In this document: in pieces, positions 27,838 through 37,603 of the stretch | Numbering within the stretch: position 1 is the first letter of the stretch | Layout: each line of letters opens with the position of its first letter | Source: Candidatus Acidiferrales bacterium | Lineage (GTDB): Bacteria; Acidobacteriota; Terriglobia; Acidiferrales; 2-02-FULL-67-57 | Direction of reading: 5' to 3' | NCBI GenBank assembly: GCA_965247455.1 | Contig: CBDFHE010000017.1 | Coordinates: 3,048-67,047 of the forward strand | Length of the DNA stretch: 64,000 bases | Made by a program: the position numbers and the translations under genes | The notes under the pieces: generated by a model | The model's database searches: none | What the model was told of the DNA's origin: nothing | The model's input: the letters and a program-made list of their open reading frames with translations, nothing else

Positions 27838-29097
27838 CTAGTCGCTGGACTCAAGGCGGTAAGGTTTCTTCTTGTAGGAGGACGCCAGCCGGGTAACTTC
27901 GCGGTCGGCGGACAAGCGGATGACTTGGTCGTACTTCGCCAGGGCTTTTTCCCGCTCGCGCCTACGGTCGAAAATTCGGCCTTGCTCCAGCAGCGCCCAA
28001 GCCAGCACTGCCTCCTTCGCTTCGGCCACCTCTTCCACCCGATGGAAAGAGTCCAGCGCGGCATCGAGGTCTCCGGCGGCGGCTTCCACCCGGCCGAGTT
28101 CCAGCCAGACATCTTCCGGCCCCAGGATGCGGGGGTTGTGGGACCGGGCGGCCAGCTCGGCCACAAGCTGCCGGAAGGCTTGCCGGGCCTCAGGGTAGCG
28201 CTGCTGGCGACGATAGACGCGCGCGAGTTCGTAGGGAAAGAGAGGATTGCGGGGGTAGTCAATCCGCAGGCCTTCCAACAGACGCCGGGCGCGGTCCAGT
28301 TGCTGTTCGCGCAGACAGGCTACGGCCAGCAGCACGCGGGCGTACCCGCGCAGGAATTCCCCCCGCTCGGCGGCCTCTCGCAGGTATTCCAAGCCGCGCG
28401 GGCGACTGCCGCGCGCGCCCAGAAAGAAGAGGAAGAAGCGCTGGACGCGCGGCAAGCTGCCCAGGACGTAGTCGTGGACGCCGAGGGTGACGCCAGCGTC
28501 GCCGATCCCCGGGTGCAACCGCCGGAGTTTCTTGTGGGCGTCGTAGGCTTTCTCGCCCAGGCGCACTCCTCGCACGTACTTGCCCTCAACTCCAGCGGCG
28601 TAATTGGCCCGCGCGCCGTAGGCCAACCCCAGAGCAAACAAACCGTCGGGGTCTTGTGGATTCTCTTTCAGCCGGCTGCGCGCCAAGTCCTGGGCTGCGG
28701 CTACAACATCGTAGAAACGCCGCTTCAGCTCCGGGTCAGGCGAAACGCGCCGCTGGCGAAGGAACTCATCGCCGGTGACGAAGAGCTGGCTCTGCAAGGT
28801 GCCCTGCCAGGCGAGGATCTCATAGAGGAAGGCCGAAGCCCAAAAGGCGCGGGCGGCGGCGCTGGCCGGTTCGGCCTCAGTCACTTCGCGGAACAGATCG
28901 CGCGCGGTGGCAAATTCCAGGTTGTAGAGGAGATTAAAGGCGGTGTGGAGTTTCTGTTCGCTTTCACGGGAGACAGCGGCAGCAGTGCGAAGTTGCGTCG
29001 GCGGCAAGGCCGGCGCCTCCTACGCGCGGGCCGCGGCAGAATACACCCCCGCCAGCGCCATCAGTGTCAAGAATGCCAGTCTAGCCCACACACGCAT
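27838..29097 (-). CDS. Secreted TPR protein with an in-frame TAG at codon 26
   Basis: ATG 29097 gives signal peptide MRVWARLAFLTLMALAGVYSAAARA, then TAG (29020-29022), then the same frame as the 389-aa TPR ORF. Confidence 0.75.
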
Positions 29098-29156
29098 CGT
29101 GCTTTTCTATCTACCTACTTCCTAAGATGCAAGCAAAGGATAGGCAACGAGCCCGA

Positions 29157-29957
29157 CTAGAGGCGAAGGGGTGCGAGAGGGGCGCTGCGGGGGGTGACGT
29201 GGAGTTCGGGCGGGCCGGCCAAGGAAAGGGGAAAGCGGGTGCGGCGGCGCTCCAGCGCCTGGGTGGCGGCCAGCCGGGCAACTTCCGGGGAGTTATTGTT
29301 CTCGCTCAGGTGCGCCAGAACCAAGTGGCTGGCGGCGCCGTCGAATTCAAACTCCAGGAATTCGGCCAGGGCGTGGTTGGAGAGGTGGCCGAGGCGGCTC
29401 ATCACCCGCTGTTTGATGAACCAGGGATAGGGGCCGCGGCGCAGCATCTCCAAGTCGTGATTGGCTTCCACGACCAGACAGTCGCAGCCGCGCAGGTGCT
29501 CTTTGACCAGCGTGGTCAGGAAGCCCAGGTCCACCGCAATGGCGAGCTTGACGCCTTCGGCCTGGAAGCGGAAAGCGACCGGGTCGGACGCGTCGTGGGG
29601 CACGAGGAAAGGCGCCACCTCGATGTCGCCGACGGTGAAGCGCTGCCCGGGCTGGAAGTGCTCGACGCGCGGCAGCCGCTGCCCTTCCCGCAGGGCCTGG
29701 CGGGTACCTTCGGCCAGATAGACGGGCGCACGGAACTCTTCGGCCAAAGCGGCGGCGTGGCCGGCGTGGTCGGCGTGCTCGTGCGTCAGGACGATACCGT
29801 CGAGGCCATTGGGACGCAGGCCGGCTTCGGCCATGCGTTTGCGAATGGTGCGCTTGGAGAGCCCGGCGTCAATCAGCAGGCGCGTGCGGGCGGTGGAGAG
29901 AAGGGCGGCGTTGCCCGACGAACCGCTGCCCAGGATAGTGAACTCGACCGCCGTGAC
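29157..29957 (-). CDS. MBL-fold metallo-hydrolase (YycJ/PhnP-like)
   Basis: Frame extends upstream of the listed ORF through FTILGSGSSGNAALL...LIDAG; THEHADH, HDASDP, EANHD, HLSN; start codon position reads GTC. Confidence 0.88.
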   Translation of the reverse strand, partial: VTAVEFTILGSGSSGNAALLSTARTRLLIDAGLSKRTIRKRMAEAGLRPNGLDGIVLTHEHADHAGHAAALAEEFRAPVYLAEGTRQALREGQRLPRVEHFQPGQRFTVGDIEVAPFLVPHDASDPVAFRFQAEGVKLAIAVDLGFLTTLVKEHLRGCDCLVVEANHDLEMLRRGPYPWFIKQRVMSRLGHLSNHALAEFLEFEFDGAASHLVLAHLSENNNSPEVARLAATQALERRRTRFPLSLAGPPELHVTPRSAPLAPLRL

Positions 29958-30072
29958 CCTGCCCTCCCAGTGGCTGGCACTGGTGTAACAGGAAAGCCGC
30001 CGAGCGTCAACCGCGAAACGCGGCGTTACGATTCCAGCAAATTGAACGACGCTCTCGCCGCTGGGGCAAGAC

Positions 30073-30837
30073 TCAATGAGCGACCACGAAGTCTTGCCGG
30101 GCCCAGCCGAAGTTGGCGTTGGCGGGGTCCATGGCCAGCACCATCAACTCGACCACGCCCCCGCCGGAAGGCACAAGCTCGCCGGCGAAAGCGAGCGTGG
30201 TTTCCGCTATGACGTCGCCGTCGTGCAGCAGCCGCGCCACGACCTGAATCTTGTCGGCGTCCCAGAGCCCACCGGGCTCGGTGGGGCACCCTCAAGCCAT
30301 GGTGACTTTGACCCGCACCGGCAAGGGCTGGCCCACGGCGGGGCGGACGTCGGAAGCGGGCGCGAGCAGCGCGACGATGAAGCCGTGAATCTCCAGCAGC
30401 ACGCCCTCGCCCAGCAGGTGCTGCCCCGGAACCAGCAGCAGGGTCTTAGAAGCGCGCTGGGTGGCCTGCGGGTTGCCCAGCGGGCCTTCAGCAGTAATCT
30501 CAACTACGGTGGGCCGCGCGAGTTGGAGCGTGGCCAGGAAGCCGGCGGTGCCGGGCGTGTCGTAAACCGTGGCGCCCCGCGCGCGGGGCTTGACCATGAT
30601 CAACTCGGTATTGCCGCTTCTCCCCTTCTGCACACCCTGAGCGAGAACCGTGCCGGTAGCGACCTCCCGGATGGTGATGCGGGCGCCGCCGACTGGGTCT
30701 TGAATGACTTTGGCGTCGCGGGAGACAGCCCGAACCATGACTTTGGTGAGGATTGCTTGCGCAGCGGCAGGGAGCCCGCCGGCAGCCACGCCGATCGCCA
30801 AAGCCGTCGCCAATACGAATCTGCTTTTCTGCATCAT
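30073..30837 (-). CDS. Probable secreted selenoprotein with U-G-C motif (254 aa, Sec182)
   Basis: Signal peptide; VKVTMA-TGA(30292-30294)-GCPTEPGGLWDAD...AMDPANANFGWARQDFVVAH-TGA(30073); stem-loop right after the UGA. Confidence 0.78.
30256..30291 (-). promoter_or_regulatory. Candidate bacterial SECIS element
   Basis: Upper stem GAGCCC/GGGCTC with loop GGU starting 18 nt after UGA; lower stem CCCA/UGGG plus further pairs. Confidence 0.7.
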
Positions 30838-31072
30838 TGCACCTCTCCATCTCATGTTAGAACTTGCGTACCAAGTTCCAGCGAAGGCGTCAAGAAGGTT
30901 TTTCCGTTGGCTCCCATGTGCCCAAGCAGTTGATTGGTTGCGGAGGTCGTCCGAGAGCTGTATCGAGTTTGTCTGTTCTGGTCGGTTGCAGCTTGCGCGG
31001 ACACGCCGCGAAGGGTTAGACTGCCTCCCCTCGGTTGATCCCGCAAAGTGCACTCAAGAGGAGGGCAATCCT

Positions 31073-31603
31073 ATGGCAGCGGTGAACCCAGTACCGAAAG
31101 AGAAAGCGGCAGCGGAAGTGCAGGACCTTTATAACGGAATGACGAAGAAGTTCGGGCGCATGCCCAACATCTTCGCGGTGATGGCGCACCGCCCGGCCGT
31201 GCTGAAGAATTTTGTGCCGTTCTACGTCGCAACGGTGGGCGAGGGAACAATTGAACCCAAGTACAAGGAGCTTGCCTACCTGAAGACTGCACTGCTGAAC
31301 GGCTGCGAGTATTGAACCCGCGCGCACACTGCTTCGGCGAAGCAGGCAGGGGTTACGGAAGAACAAATCAAGGCAATGCAGTTTTACCAGCGCAGCCCGT
31401 TGTTCGACGAGAAAGAGAAAGCCACGCTGCTCTACGCAGAGCGCGTAACCCGGGGAGCCGCCGGCTTGCGCGAGCGCGCGCTGGAGGAGTTGAAATACTT
31501 TTACCCCGAAGACCAGATTGTGGAACTGACGCTGGTGATCTGCGCGGCCAATTTCACCAACCGATTCAACGACGCGCTGCAGGTGGAACCCGACCTGGGC
31601 TGA
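31073..31603 (+). CDS. AhpD/CMD-family peroxidase-related selenoprotein (CxxU, 176 aa, Sec81)
   Basis: RBS GAGGAGG; ...KELAYLKTALLNGCEY-TGA(31313-31315)-TRAH...FDEKEKATLLYAERVT...QIVELTLVICAANFTNRFNDAL in one frame. Confidence 0.88.
31316..31354 (+). promoter_or_regulatory. Candidate bacterial SECIS element
   Basis: Perfect 7-bp stem CTGCTTC/GAAGCAG with loop GGC starting 20 nt after UGA; basal pairing AACCC/GGGTT. Confidence 0.75.
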
Positions 31604-31666
31604 AGCGAGGGCGCGCCGCTCCTGGTTGGGTGAGGCAGGTGCGCCTGCCCCTGGAGTTGGCGACGG

Positions 31667-32959
31667 TCAGCAGGCCAACTGGTCCCGGCGGAGCTCGAAA
31701 CCGTCCAGCTTGCCGAGAACGGCAGCGGCCACCAACTGCGGCTGGAAGAAGTCGCGCGCGGCCTGCTGGATTTCTTCCGCGGTCACGGCTTCGACCCGGG
31801 CGAGGATCTCCTCCGGGTCGTACACCCGCCCGAAATAAATCTGCTGCCGAGCCAGGCTGCCCATACGGGCTGAAGTGGACTCCAGCGAGAGCATCAATCC
31901 ACCCTTGAGGTTGTCTTTGGCCCGCCGCAGCTCGTCCGCCGGCACCGGCTCGCGCTTCAACAGACTGAACTCTTCCAGGATCAAGCGTAGCACCTGCTGG
32001 ACGCTTTCGTGCCCGGTGCCGGCCGAAACCGACAGGCAGCCGGTGTCGCGGTAAGCGCTGGCGTCGGCAAAAATGGAATACACCAGGCCGCGCTGCTCCC
32101 GCACTTTCTGGAACAGCCGGGAACTCATTCCGCCACCCAGGATGAGGCTCAGCAAACTGACAATATAGCGCCGCTGGTCCGGGAGCGGGGAACAGGGCAC
32201 GCCCAGGCAGAGTTGGACTTGTTCCAACTCCGGCTTGGGGCTCGTCACCAGGGCCGCGTGGGCGCGCGGCCGGTGATCATTCGCCTCCGGTCCGCCCTCG
32301 CGACTGGGTTCGAGCCGGTTGAACTGTGCCGCCACCAGCTCGACAAAGCGCTCATGGTGCAAGCGGCCGGCGGCGGTGATCAGCATGCGCTCGGGACAGT
32401 ACCAGCGCTGGAAAAAGTTGCGCACCGACCGGCTGTCGAACTGGAGCACACTTTCTTTGGTGCCCAGAATGGGCCGCCCGATGGAGTGGTGAGGCCAGAA
32501 GTTTTGCGTGAAGGTTTCCTGGACCAGGTATTCCGGGTTGTCTTGCTCCATCTTGATTTCTTCCAGGATGACGCCCTGCTCTTTGCGCAGGTCCTCTTCC
32601 CGGAACAACGGCTCCAGCACCAAGTCAGCCAGGACGTCCAGGGCTCGCGGCAGGTGCTCATCCATCACCTTGGCATTGAAGCAAATGATCTCCTTGGAGG
32701 TGAAGGCGTCCATGTGCCCACCCACCGAGTCCAGCTCCATGGCGATCTGCTCGGCGCTGCGGCTGGTGGTGCCCTTGAAGACAGTGTGCTCGATGAAGTG
32801 GCTGATCCCGTTCACTTCCGCGGGCTCGGCCCGCGAGCCGCTCTTCACCCAAATGCCCAACGCCACCGAGCGCACGTGCGGCATCTGCTCGGTCAGAATC
32901 GTCAGCCCGTTGGCGAGCGTCTCTTGGCGCACACCTCGAACGTCGGTGGACACAATCAC
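31667..32959 (-). CDS. M16 family zinc peptidase
   Basis: GISHFIEHTVFKGT (HxxEH), DAFTSKE, VILEEIKM, GGGMSSRLFQKVRE. Confidence 0.93.
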   Translation of the reverse strand: MIVSTDVRGVRQETLANGLTILTEQMPHVRSVALGIWVKSGSRAEPAEVNGISHFIEHTVFKGTTSRSAEQIAMELDSVGGHMDAFTSKEIICFNAKVMDEHLPRALDVLADLVLEPLFREEDLRKEQGVILEEIKMEQDNPEYLVQETFTQNFWPHHSIGRPILGTKESVLQFDSRSVRNFFQRWYCPERMLITAAGRLHHERFVELVAAQFNRLEPSREGGPEANDHRPRAHAALVTSPKPELEQVQLCLGVPCSPLPDQRRYIVSLLSLILGGGMSSRLFQKVREQRGLVYSIFADASAYRDTGCLSVSAGTGHESVQQVLRLILEEFSLLKREPVPADELRRAKDNLKGGLMLSLESTSARMGSLARQQIYFGRVYDPEEILARVEAVTAEEIQQAARDFFQPQLVAAAVLGKLDGFELRRDQLAC

Positions 32960-33044
32960 CTTCTTACTTTATCACTGAGAAAGCCGGCCCGGTGCTCCCC
33001 CGGCCGGCCTGGAAAAACGCTCCCTGTGGGAGCAACAACGAAGC

Positions 33045-33857
33045 TCAGTTGCCGCCGTTGGCGTCCGCCTCCGGCGTCTCTTTCCGCAAGCGCTCCTGGA
33101 GCGCGAACTGCTCGTCTGCCCGCTGGAACCACTCCTCGCGCTCTTGGGAGGTAGCGACGATGTCGGCTTTCTGGCGGTACATCAGGTTCAAGTAAGAGAT
33201 GGCATCGATGTAGGTGGGATTGATCTCGATTGCCTTTTCCAGCATTTCGCTGCCCTCTTCCACCAGGGCAGAGTTTTCGTCCGCCAACTGCCGGAGCGAA
33301 CGACGGGGCAAGGGGACGTCGGGGCGCAACCCCAGCTCAGCTCTCTTGGCCATGTTCGCTTTGAAAGCAAGGGTCCAGTCGATGACCCCGATGGAGTAGT
33401 AGTTCTCGGGGTTCTGCGGGTCAACCTCGATCAAGCGACGCCGGAACTCCTTGGCCTTGTCGAAGAATTCGCGTATGCCCTGGTCGGATTGCTCCGATCC
33501 GCTCAGGCCGTAGTACAGGCTGGCGATGTAGCCCAAGGCCGTCAGGTTTCCCGGCTCCACCTCCAGCACCTTCTCGAATTCGCCAATGGCGGTCCGGGCA
33601 AACTGTACGTTCTGCTCATCGGGGGAGCCGGGGACAAACTGCGAGGCGAAAGCGATGGCCAAGTACACCCGCGCGGTCAACAAGTCAGGGTCGTGTTCGA
33701 TGGACTGCTTGAAGTGCTCGACCGCGGATTCGAACTCGCCCCCCTTGAAGGCACGCACGCCCTTGTTCAATTCGTCGCGAGCCTTGAGCTTGCTGCACCC
33801 GCTGGCCGCCAGCAACAGGAAAATCACTACAATGGTCAGACTAGTGGACGAACGCAT
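33045..33857 (-). CDS. TPR lipoprotein associated with the TonB/ExbBD cluster
   Basis: Lipobox ASGC; KLKARDELNKGV; TPR-like helices. Confidence 0.75.
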   Translation of the reverse strand: MRSSTSLTIVVIFLLLAASGCSKLKARDELNKGVRAFKGGEFESAVEHFKQSIEHDPDLLTARVYLAIAFASQFVPGSPDEQNVQFARTAIGEFEKVLEVEPGNLTALGYIASLYYGLSGSEQSDQGIREFFDKAKEFRRRLIEVDPQNPENYYSIGVIDWTLAFKANMAKRAELGLRPDVPLPRRSLRQLADENSALVEEGSEMLEKAIEINPTYIDAISYLNLMYRQKADIVATSQEREEWFQRADEQFALQERLRKETPEADANGGN

Positions 33858-33905
33858 CCTTACTCCTCGGTAAACAGTTGTACGGATGATCGAGGGTAGC
33901 CAGCG

Positions 33906-34349
33906 CTACTCCCCCCTCTCGATCTTGGCCGTGATTAAGCCGATCTTGTCCACGCCAGCACCCTTGGCAATGTCAATCGCGCGCGCGACGTGGGAAAATT
34001 CCAGGTCATCCGCCCCCTTCACGAAGGCCACTTTCTCCGCCCGGGTCTTGAAGATGCCTTGCAACCGCGGCCCCAGGGTTCTCCAGGTCACGTCCTGCTG
34101 ATTGATCCTCAGGAGCACTCCCGTGCACCTGACGTTGGCGCACTCGAGCTGGATGGCTACCGTCCTGAGGTCGACATCCAACTGTTGCTGGTCGGGCGGC
34201 GGGGGTTGCGGCACCAGCGCGTCCAAGCCCTTGGGCGTCAGCGGGGTGACCACCATGAAAATGATGATCAGCACCAGCAGAATGTCAATCAAGGGGACGA
34301 TGTTGGGATCAGCCATCGCACCCTTGCCCTTTCCCATACTGATTCCCAT
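33906..34349 (-). CDS. exbD: Biopolymer transporter ExbD/TolR
   Basis: NIVPLIDILLVLIIIFMV; VKGADDLEF. Confidence 0.9.
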   Translation of the reverse strand: MGISMGKGKGAMADPNIVPLIDILLVLIIIFMVVTPLTPKGLDALVPQPPPPDQQQLDVDLRTVAIQLECANVRCTGVLLRINQQDVTWRTLGPRLQGIFKTRAEKVAFVKGADDLEFSHVARAIDIAKGAGVDKIGLITAKIERGE

Positions 34350-34377
34350 CGGGTTCCTCCTTGTCCTCTCGGTCGGG

Positions 34378-34845
34378 CTACAAGCCGCCTGTCGCCCCGG
34401 TCACCGCCTGCACCGGGATGGGCGGCCCTGTGAGCGCTCGCTGCTCGGTCAGCAGGCCGATCTGGTCCACGCCCACGGCGCGAATTTCATCCACAAGTTT
34501 CACTACGTCGCCGTAGCGGGCGCGGGCATCGCTCTTGACGTAGACGGACTTGTCCAGGCGCTCCTCGAGCATCTCACTGACTTTCTCCACCACCTGCTCC
34601 AACAGAACCTGCTGATTGCCGAGGTAGTACCGGCCGTCGCGCGACACCGCCAGCATCACGGCATCGTCCTTGTCGGCATCCTTCATGTCGCGGGGGTTAT
34701 CGGTTTTGGCCATCTCCACGCTGAAGCCCTTTTGCAGCATGGGTGTGATCACCATGAAAATGATCAGCATGACCAGCATGATGTCGGCCATCGGCACCAC
34801 GTTGATGTCCGGCATCAAGTCCGGCGCTTTGGGTTTGTAGCCCAT
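34378..34845 (-). CDS. exbD: Biopolymer transporter ExbD/TolR
   Basis: INVVPMADIMLVMLIIFMVITP; KSDARARYG. Confidence 0.9.
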   Translation of the reverse strand: MGYKPKAPDLMPDINVVPMADIMLVMLIIFMVITPMLQKGFSVEMAKTDNPRDMKDADKDDAVMLAVSRDGRYYLGNQQVLLEQVVEKVSEMLEERLDKSVYVKSDARARYGDVVKLVDEIRAVGVDQIGLLTEQRALTGPPIPVQAVTGATGGL

Positions 34846-34857
34846 GACGGTCCGCTC

Positions 34858-35565
34858 CTACTTCTTCCGACGCATGATGAAGTAGTTGATCAGCTCTTTG
34901 GAGCTGTTGTCCATCTCTACGTCGAAAGATTCGATCTTGCCGGTGAAGTAGTTGTACGCCCAGACGGCGGGCACCGCCACGAACAATCCCAGCGCGGTAG
35001 CGACCAGAGCTTCGGCAATACCGCCCGCCACGGCCGACAAACCGGTGGTCTTCGCCTCCGCAATGCCCTTGAAGGCGTTAATGATGCCCACCACAGTTCC
35101 GAACAACCCCACGAAAGGAGCGGTGGCGCCAATGGTGGCCAAGCCGCCCAGGCCGCGCTTGAGTTCGGCGTGCACGATGGCGACTGAACGCTCCAATCCG
35201 CGCTGGCTGGCATCAATCACCTCTTTTTCCGGCAAGCCGGTGGAGGCTTGGAACTCCGATAAGCCGGTGGCCACCACCTTGGCGATGTGGCTCTTCTTGC
35301 TGCGCTCGGCCACGCGGATGGCGTCATCCAGATTGCCTTCGCGCAAAGAGCCGGCCACCGCCTGCACGAAGTAGCGGGACTGCTTGCGGGCCGCTGAGTA
35401 AGTGACCCAGCGGTCAATCATCACTCCCACTGACCAGGCCGACATGATGAACAGGATGACCACCACCAGCTTGGCCAGGAGGCCCATCGCCTGCCACATA
35501 CTCTGCAGGTCCCAGCCGACTTCCTGCAACAGCCATAACCCCGTCAGATACAAGTTGGCATACAT
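34858..35565 (-). CDS. exbB: MotA/TolQ/ExbB proton channel protein
   Basis: LATIGATAPFVGLFGTV.GII.AF; GIAEALVATALGLFVAVPA. Confidence 0.92.
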   Translation of the reverse strand: MYANLYLTGLWLLQEVGWDLQSMWQAMGLLAKLVVVILFIMSAWSVGVMIDRWVTYSAARKQSRYFVQAVAGSLREGNLDDAIRVAERSKKSHIAKVVATGLSEFQASTGLPEKEVIDASQRGLERSVAIVHAELKRGLGGLATIGATAPFVGLFGTVVGIINAFKGIAEAKTTGLSAVAGGIAEALVATALGLFVAVPAVWAYNYFTGKIESFDVEMDNSSKELINYFIMRRKK

Positions 35566-35641
35566 ATCTTCTTTCCCCTCCCGTAAAATGTGCCCTTCAT
35601 TCGGCTCCGAGTACCATACTACCCCTACTGACTTGGCCTAA

Positions 35642-36346
35642 TTAGCCAAGCTTGAAGATTACATCAATGTAAGTTATTACTTCCACCGGCTGGTCGTTCA
35701 ACAACGTGGGCGCGTAGCGCCACTGCTTCACAGCCTGCAAGGCCGATTGCACCAGCAACGGATGTCCTTGAATGACTCTCAGGTTCTGGATGCTGCCATC
35801 CTTGGCAATAATGGCTTCCAGCCGCACCACACCTTGAATCCGCGCCTGCCGGGCGATGGGCGGATAGGTCGGGCTTATTTTGCGAATCACCTTGGCACCC
35901 TGCACGCCGGAGCTGACCCGAATCGGCTTCTGCGGTGGAGGCGGCGGTGCGGCGGACGGAATGCCTCCCAGCACGCCGCCCATCACACCTCCGATCTGAC
36001 CGCCGGGCACACCACCGGGGACGCCGAAAGCCACGCCACCCAAGTCTTCCTCGATGACGGCGACCTTTTTCGGAATGGCCTTGGGCGTGCGCAGTTTTCC
36101 CGCCTGTATCTGAGTGACCTTCCGGCGCACCATACGCCGAATCGGCTTGGCCGACGGTGGCGGCGGAGGCGGCGGAGGCGGAGCGGTCAGGAAGGTAAGC
36201 CGCATGGACTCCGGCAGCGCTTCGGTTTGGATCAAACCCACCAGAACCAATGCCCCCAGCAGCACTGTCTGCAAGGAAGTGGAGATCACATAGGCCCACG
36301 GTTTTTTACGCTTGGCCACAGAGGACTCCAAGATGCTCTCAAACAT
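35642..36346 (-). CDS. tonB: Energy transducer TonB
   Basis: N-terminal TM, poly-Pro linker, YPPIARQARIQGVV...AVKQWRY.P. Confidence 0.92.
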   Translation of the reverse strand: MFESILESSVAKRKKPWAYVISTSLQTVLLGALVLVGLIQTEALPESMRLTFLTAPPPPPPPPPSAKPIRRMVRRKVTQIQAGKLRTPKAIPKKVAVIEEDLGGVAFGVPGGVPGGQIGGVMGGVLGGIPSAAPPPPPQKPIRVSSGVQGAKVIRKISPTYPPIARQARIQGVVRLEAIIAKDGSIQNLRVIQGHPLLVQSALQAVKQWRYAPTLLNDQPVEVITYIDVIFKLG

Positions 36347-36349
36347 GAT

Positions 36350-37600
36350 TCAGCGCCCCCTTCGCTCTGCCATATTAGCTTTTTCCTTCCGCTTCACGAC
36401 CTCGACCTGTTCTGATTTGGGAAGAGCTGTAGGTCGGCCCCAACTCCTCCCTCGCTCGCTCCAGCCTACCACAATTGGGCTGGCAATAAAAACAGAAGAA
36501 TAAGTGCCCACCAGCACCCCCACCAGCAGCGTAAATCCGAAGCCGTGCAGCACCTCTCCTCCCAGCAAGAATAACGCCAGAACCGCCAGGAATGTCAACC
36601 CCGAAGTGAGCACGGTGCGGCTGAGCGTCTGGTTGATGCTGCGGTTCACCAGGGCCGGAAACGACTCCCGCCGCAGCAGGCGGACGTTCTCCCGGATGCG
36701 GTCGAAGGTCACGATCGTGTCATTGACGGAAAACCCCACCAGCGTGAGCAGCGCGGCCACGATGTTTAGATTGAACTCGTAGTCGAACAGCGCAAGAAAA
36801 CCAACCGTAATCAGCACGTCGTGGAAGACGGCGATGACCGCCGCCATCCCGTACACCCACTCCCGGAACCGAACTCCAATGTAAAACAGCACCCCGGCCA
36901 GCGCCAAGCCCGTGGCCAGCAACGCCTGCTGGCGGAGCTGCTGCCCCACGCGCGGCCCCACCACCTCCACGTTCCGCACCACAAACGGCGCCAGCATCGC
37001 CTCTTCTTCCAGCCCGTTCACCACCGCCGGCGGCACCCCTTCCAGCCCGCGCAACTCCTCCAGGCTGCCCAGCAATCCTCCCCTCTGTGTATCGCGGAAG
37101 TCTGTGATGTTTCTCGCAATCTCCTGGTAGCGGCTGGCGGCTTCGGTGGGGCGGCCGCTCAGGCCGATGGGATCCAAACGCACCAGCGCCTCGCGCAGCG
37201 AAGCGGTTCCGACGGCGTTGAGGTCCAGCCGGTCGGCAGGCACCTCGTAGGTAGCGCGCAACGCAGCCAGGATTGCCTGCCGGCTGGTGTCCAGGGCTTC
37301 GTCCTCGTTCTCCGCTTGCTCGGCCCCGATGATGACTTCGTAGTTCTCCACGCGGCCATAGCGCTGAAGCGTGCTCGATCCGATCCCTTCCGCGCGCAGG
37401 CCGGCGCGCAGGCGGTTCAGTTCGGGCGCTTCCGCAAACTTAACGTACACCAGCGTGCCACCTTTGAAGTCCACCCCGTAGCGCAGCCCGCCCCCCAGCA
37501 CCAGTGAGCCAACCCCCGCCAGCAACAACACCAGCGAGAGGCCGAGGAACGGCCACTTCGCCCGCAGGAAATCGAACTTGGGTTCGCGAAACAGCTCCAT
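36350..37600 (-). CDS. secF: Protein translocase subunit SecF
   Basis: GVDFKGG, VGPRVG, GFSVNDTIVTFDRIRE, RTVLTS, GTYSS. Confidence 0.96.
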   Translation of the reverse strand: MELFREPKFDFLRAKWPFLGLSLVLLLAGVGSLVLGGGLRYGVDFKGGTLVYVKFAEAPELNRLRAGLRAEGIGSSTLQRYGRVENYEVIIGAEQAENEDEALDTSRQAILAALRATYEVPADRLDLNAVGTASLREALVRLDPIGLSGRPTEAASRYQEIARNITDFRDTQRGGLLGSLEELRGLEGVPPAVVNGLEEEAMLAPFVVRNVEVVGPRVGQQLRQQALLATGLALAGVLFYIGVRFREWVYGMAAVIAVFHDVLITVGFLALFDYEFNLNIVAALLTLVGFSVNDTIVTFDRIRENVRLLRRESFPALVNRSINQTLSRTVLTSGLTFLAVLALFLLGGEVLHGFGFTLLVGVLVGTYSSVFIASPIVVGWSERGRSWGRPTALPKSEQVEVVKRKEKANMAERRGR

Positions 37601-37603
37601 AGT

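Noticed and set aside
21091-29097. Genome-wide reassignment of TAG to an amino acid
   Set aside because: Conserved genes in the window (serS, purB, glpX, the DsrF-like gene) end normally at TAG, so TAG is a working stop; the two in-frame TAGs are better explained as mutations or errors.
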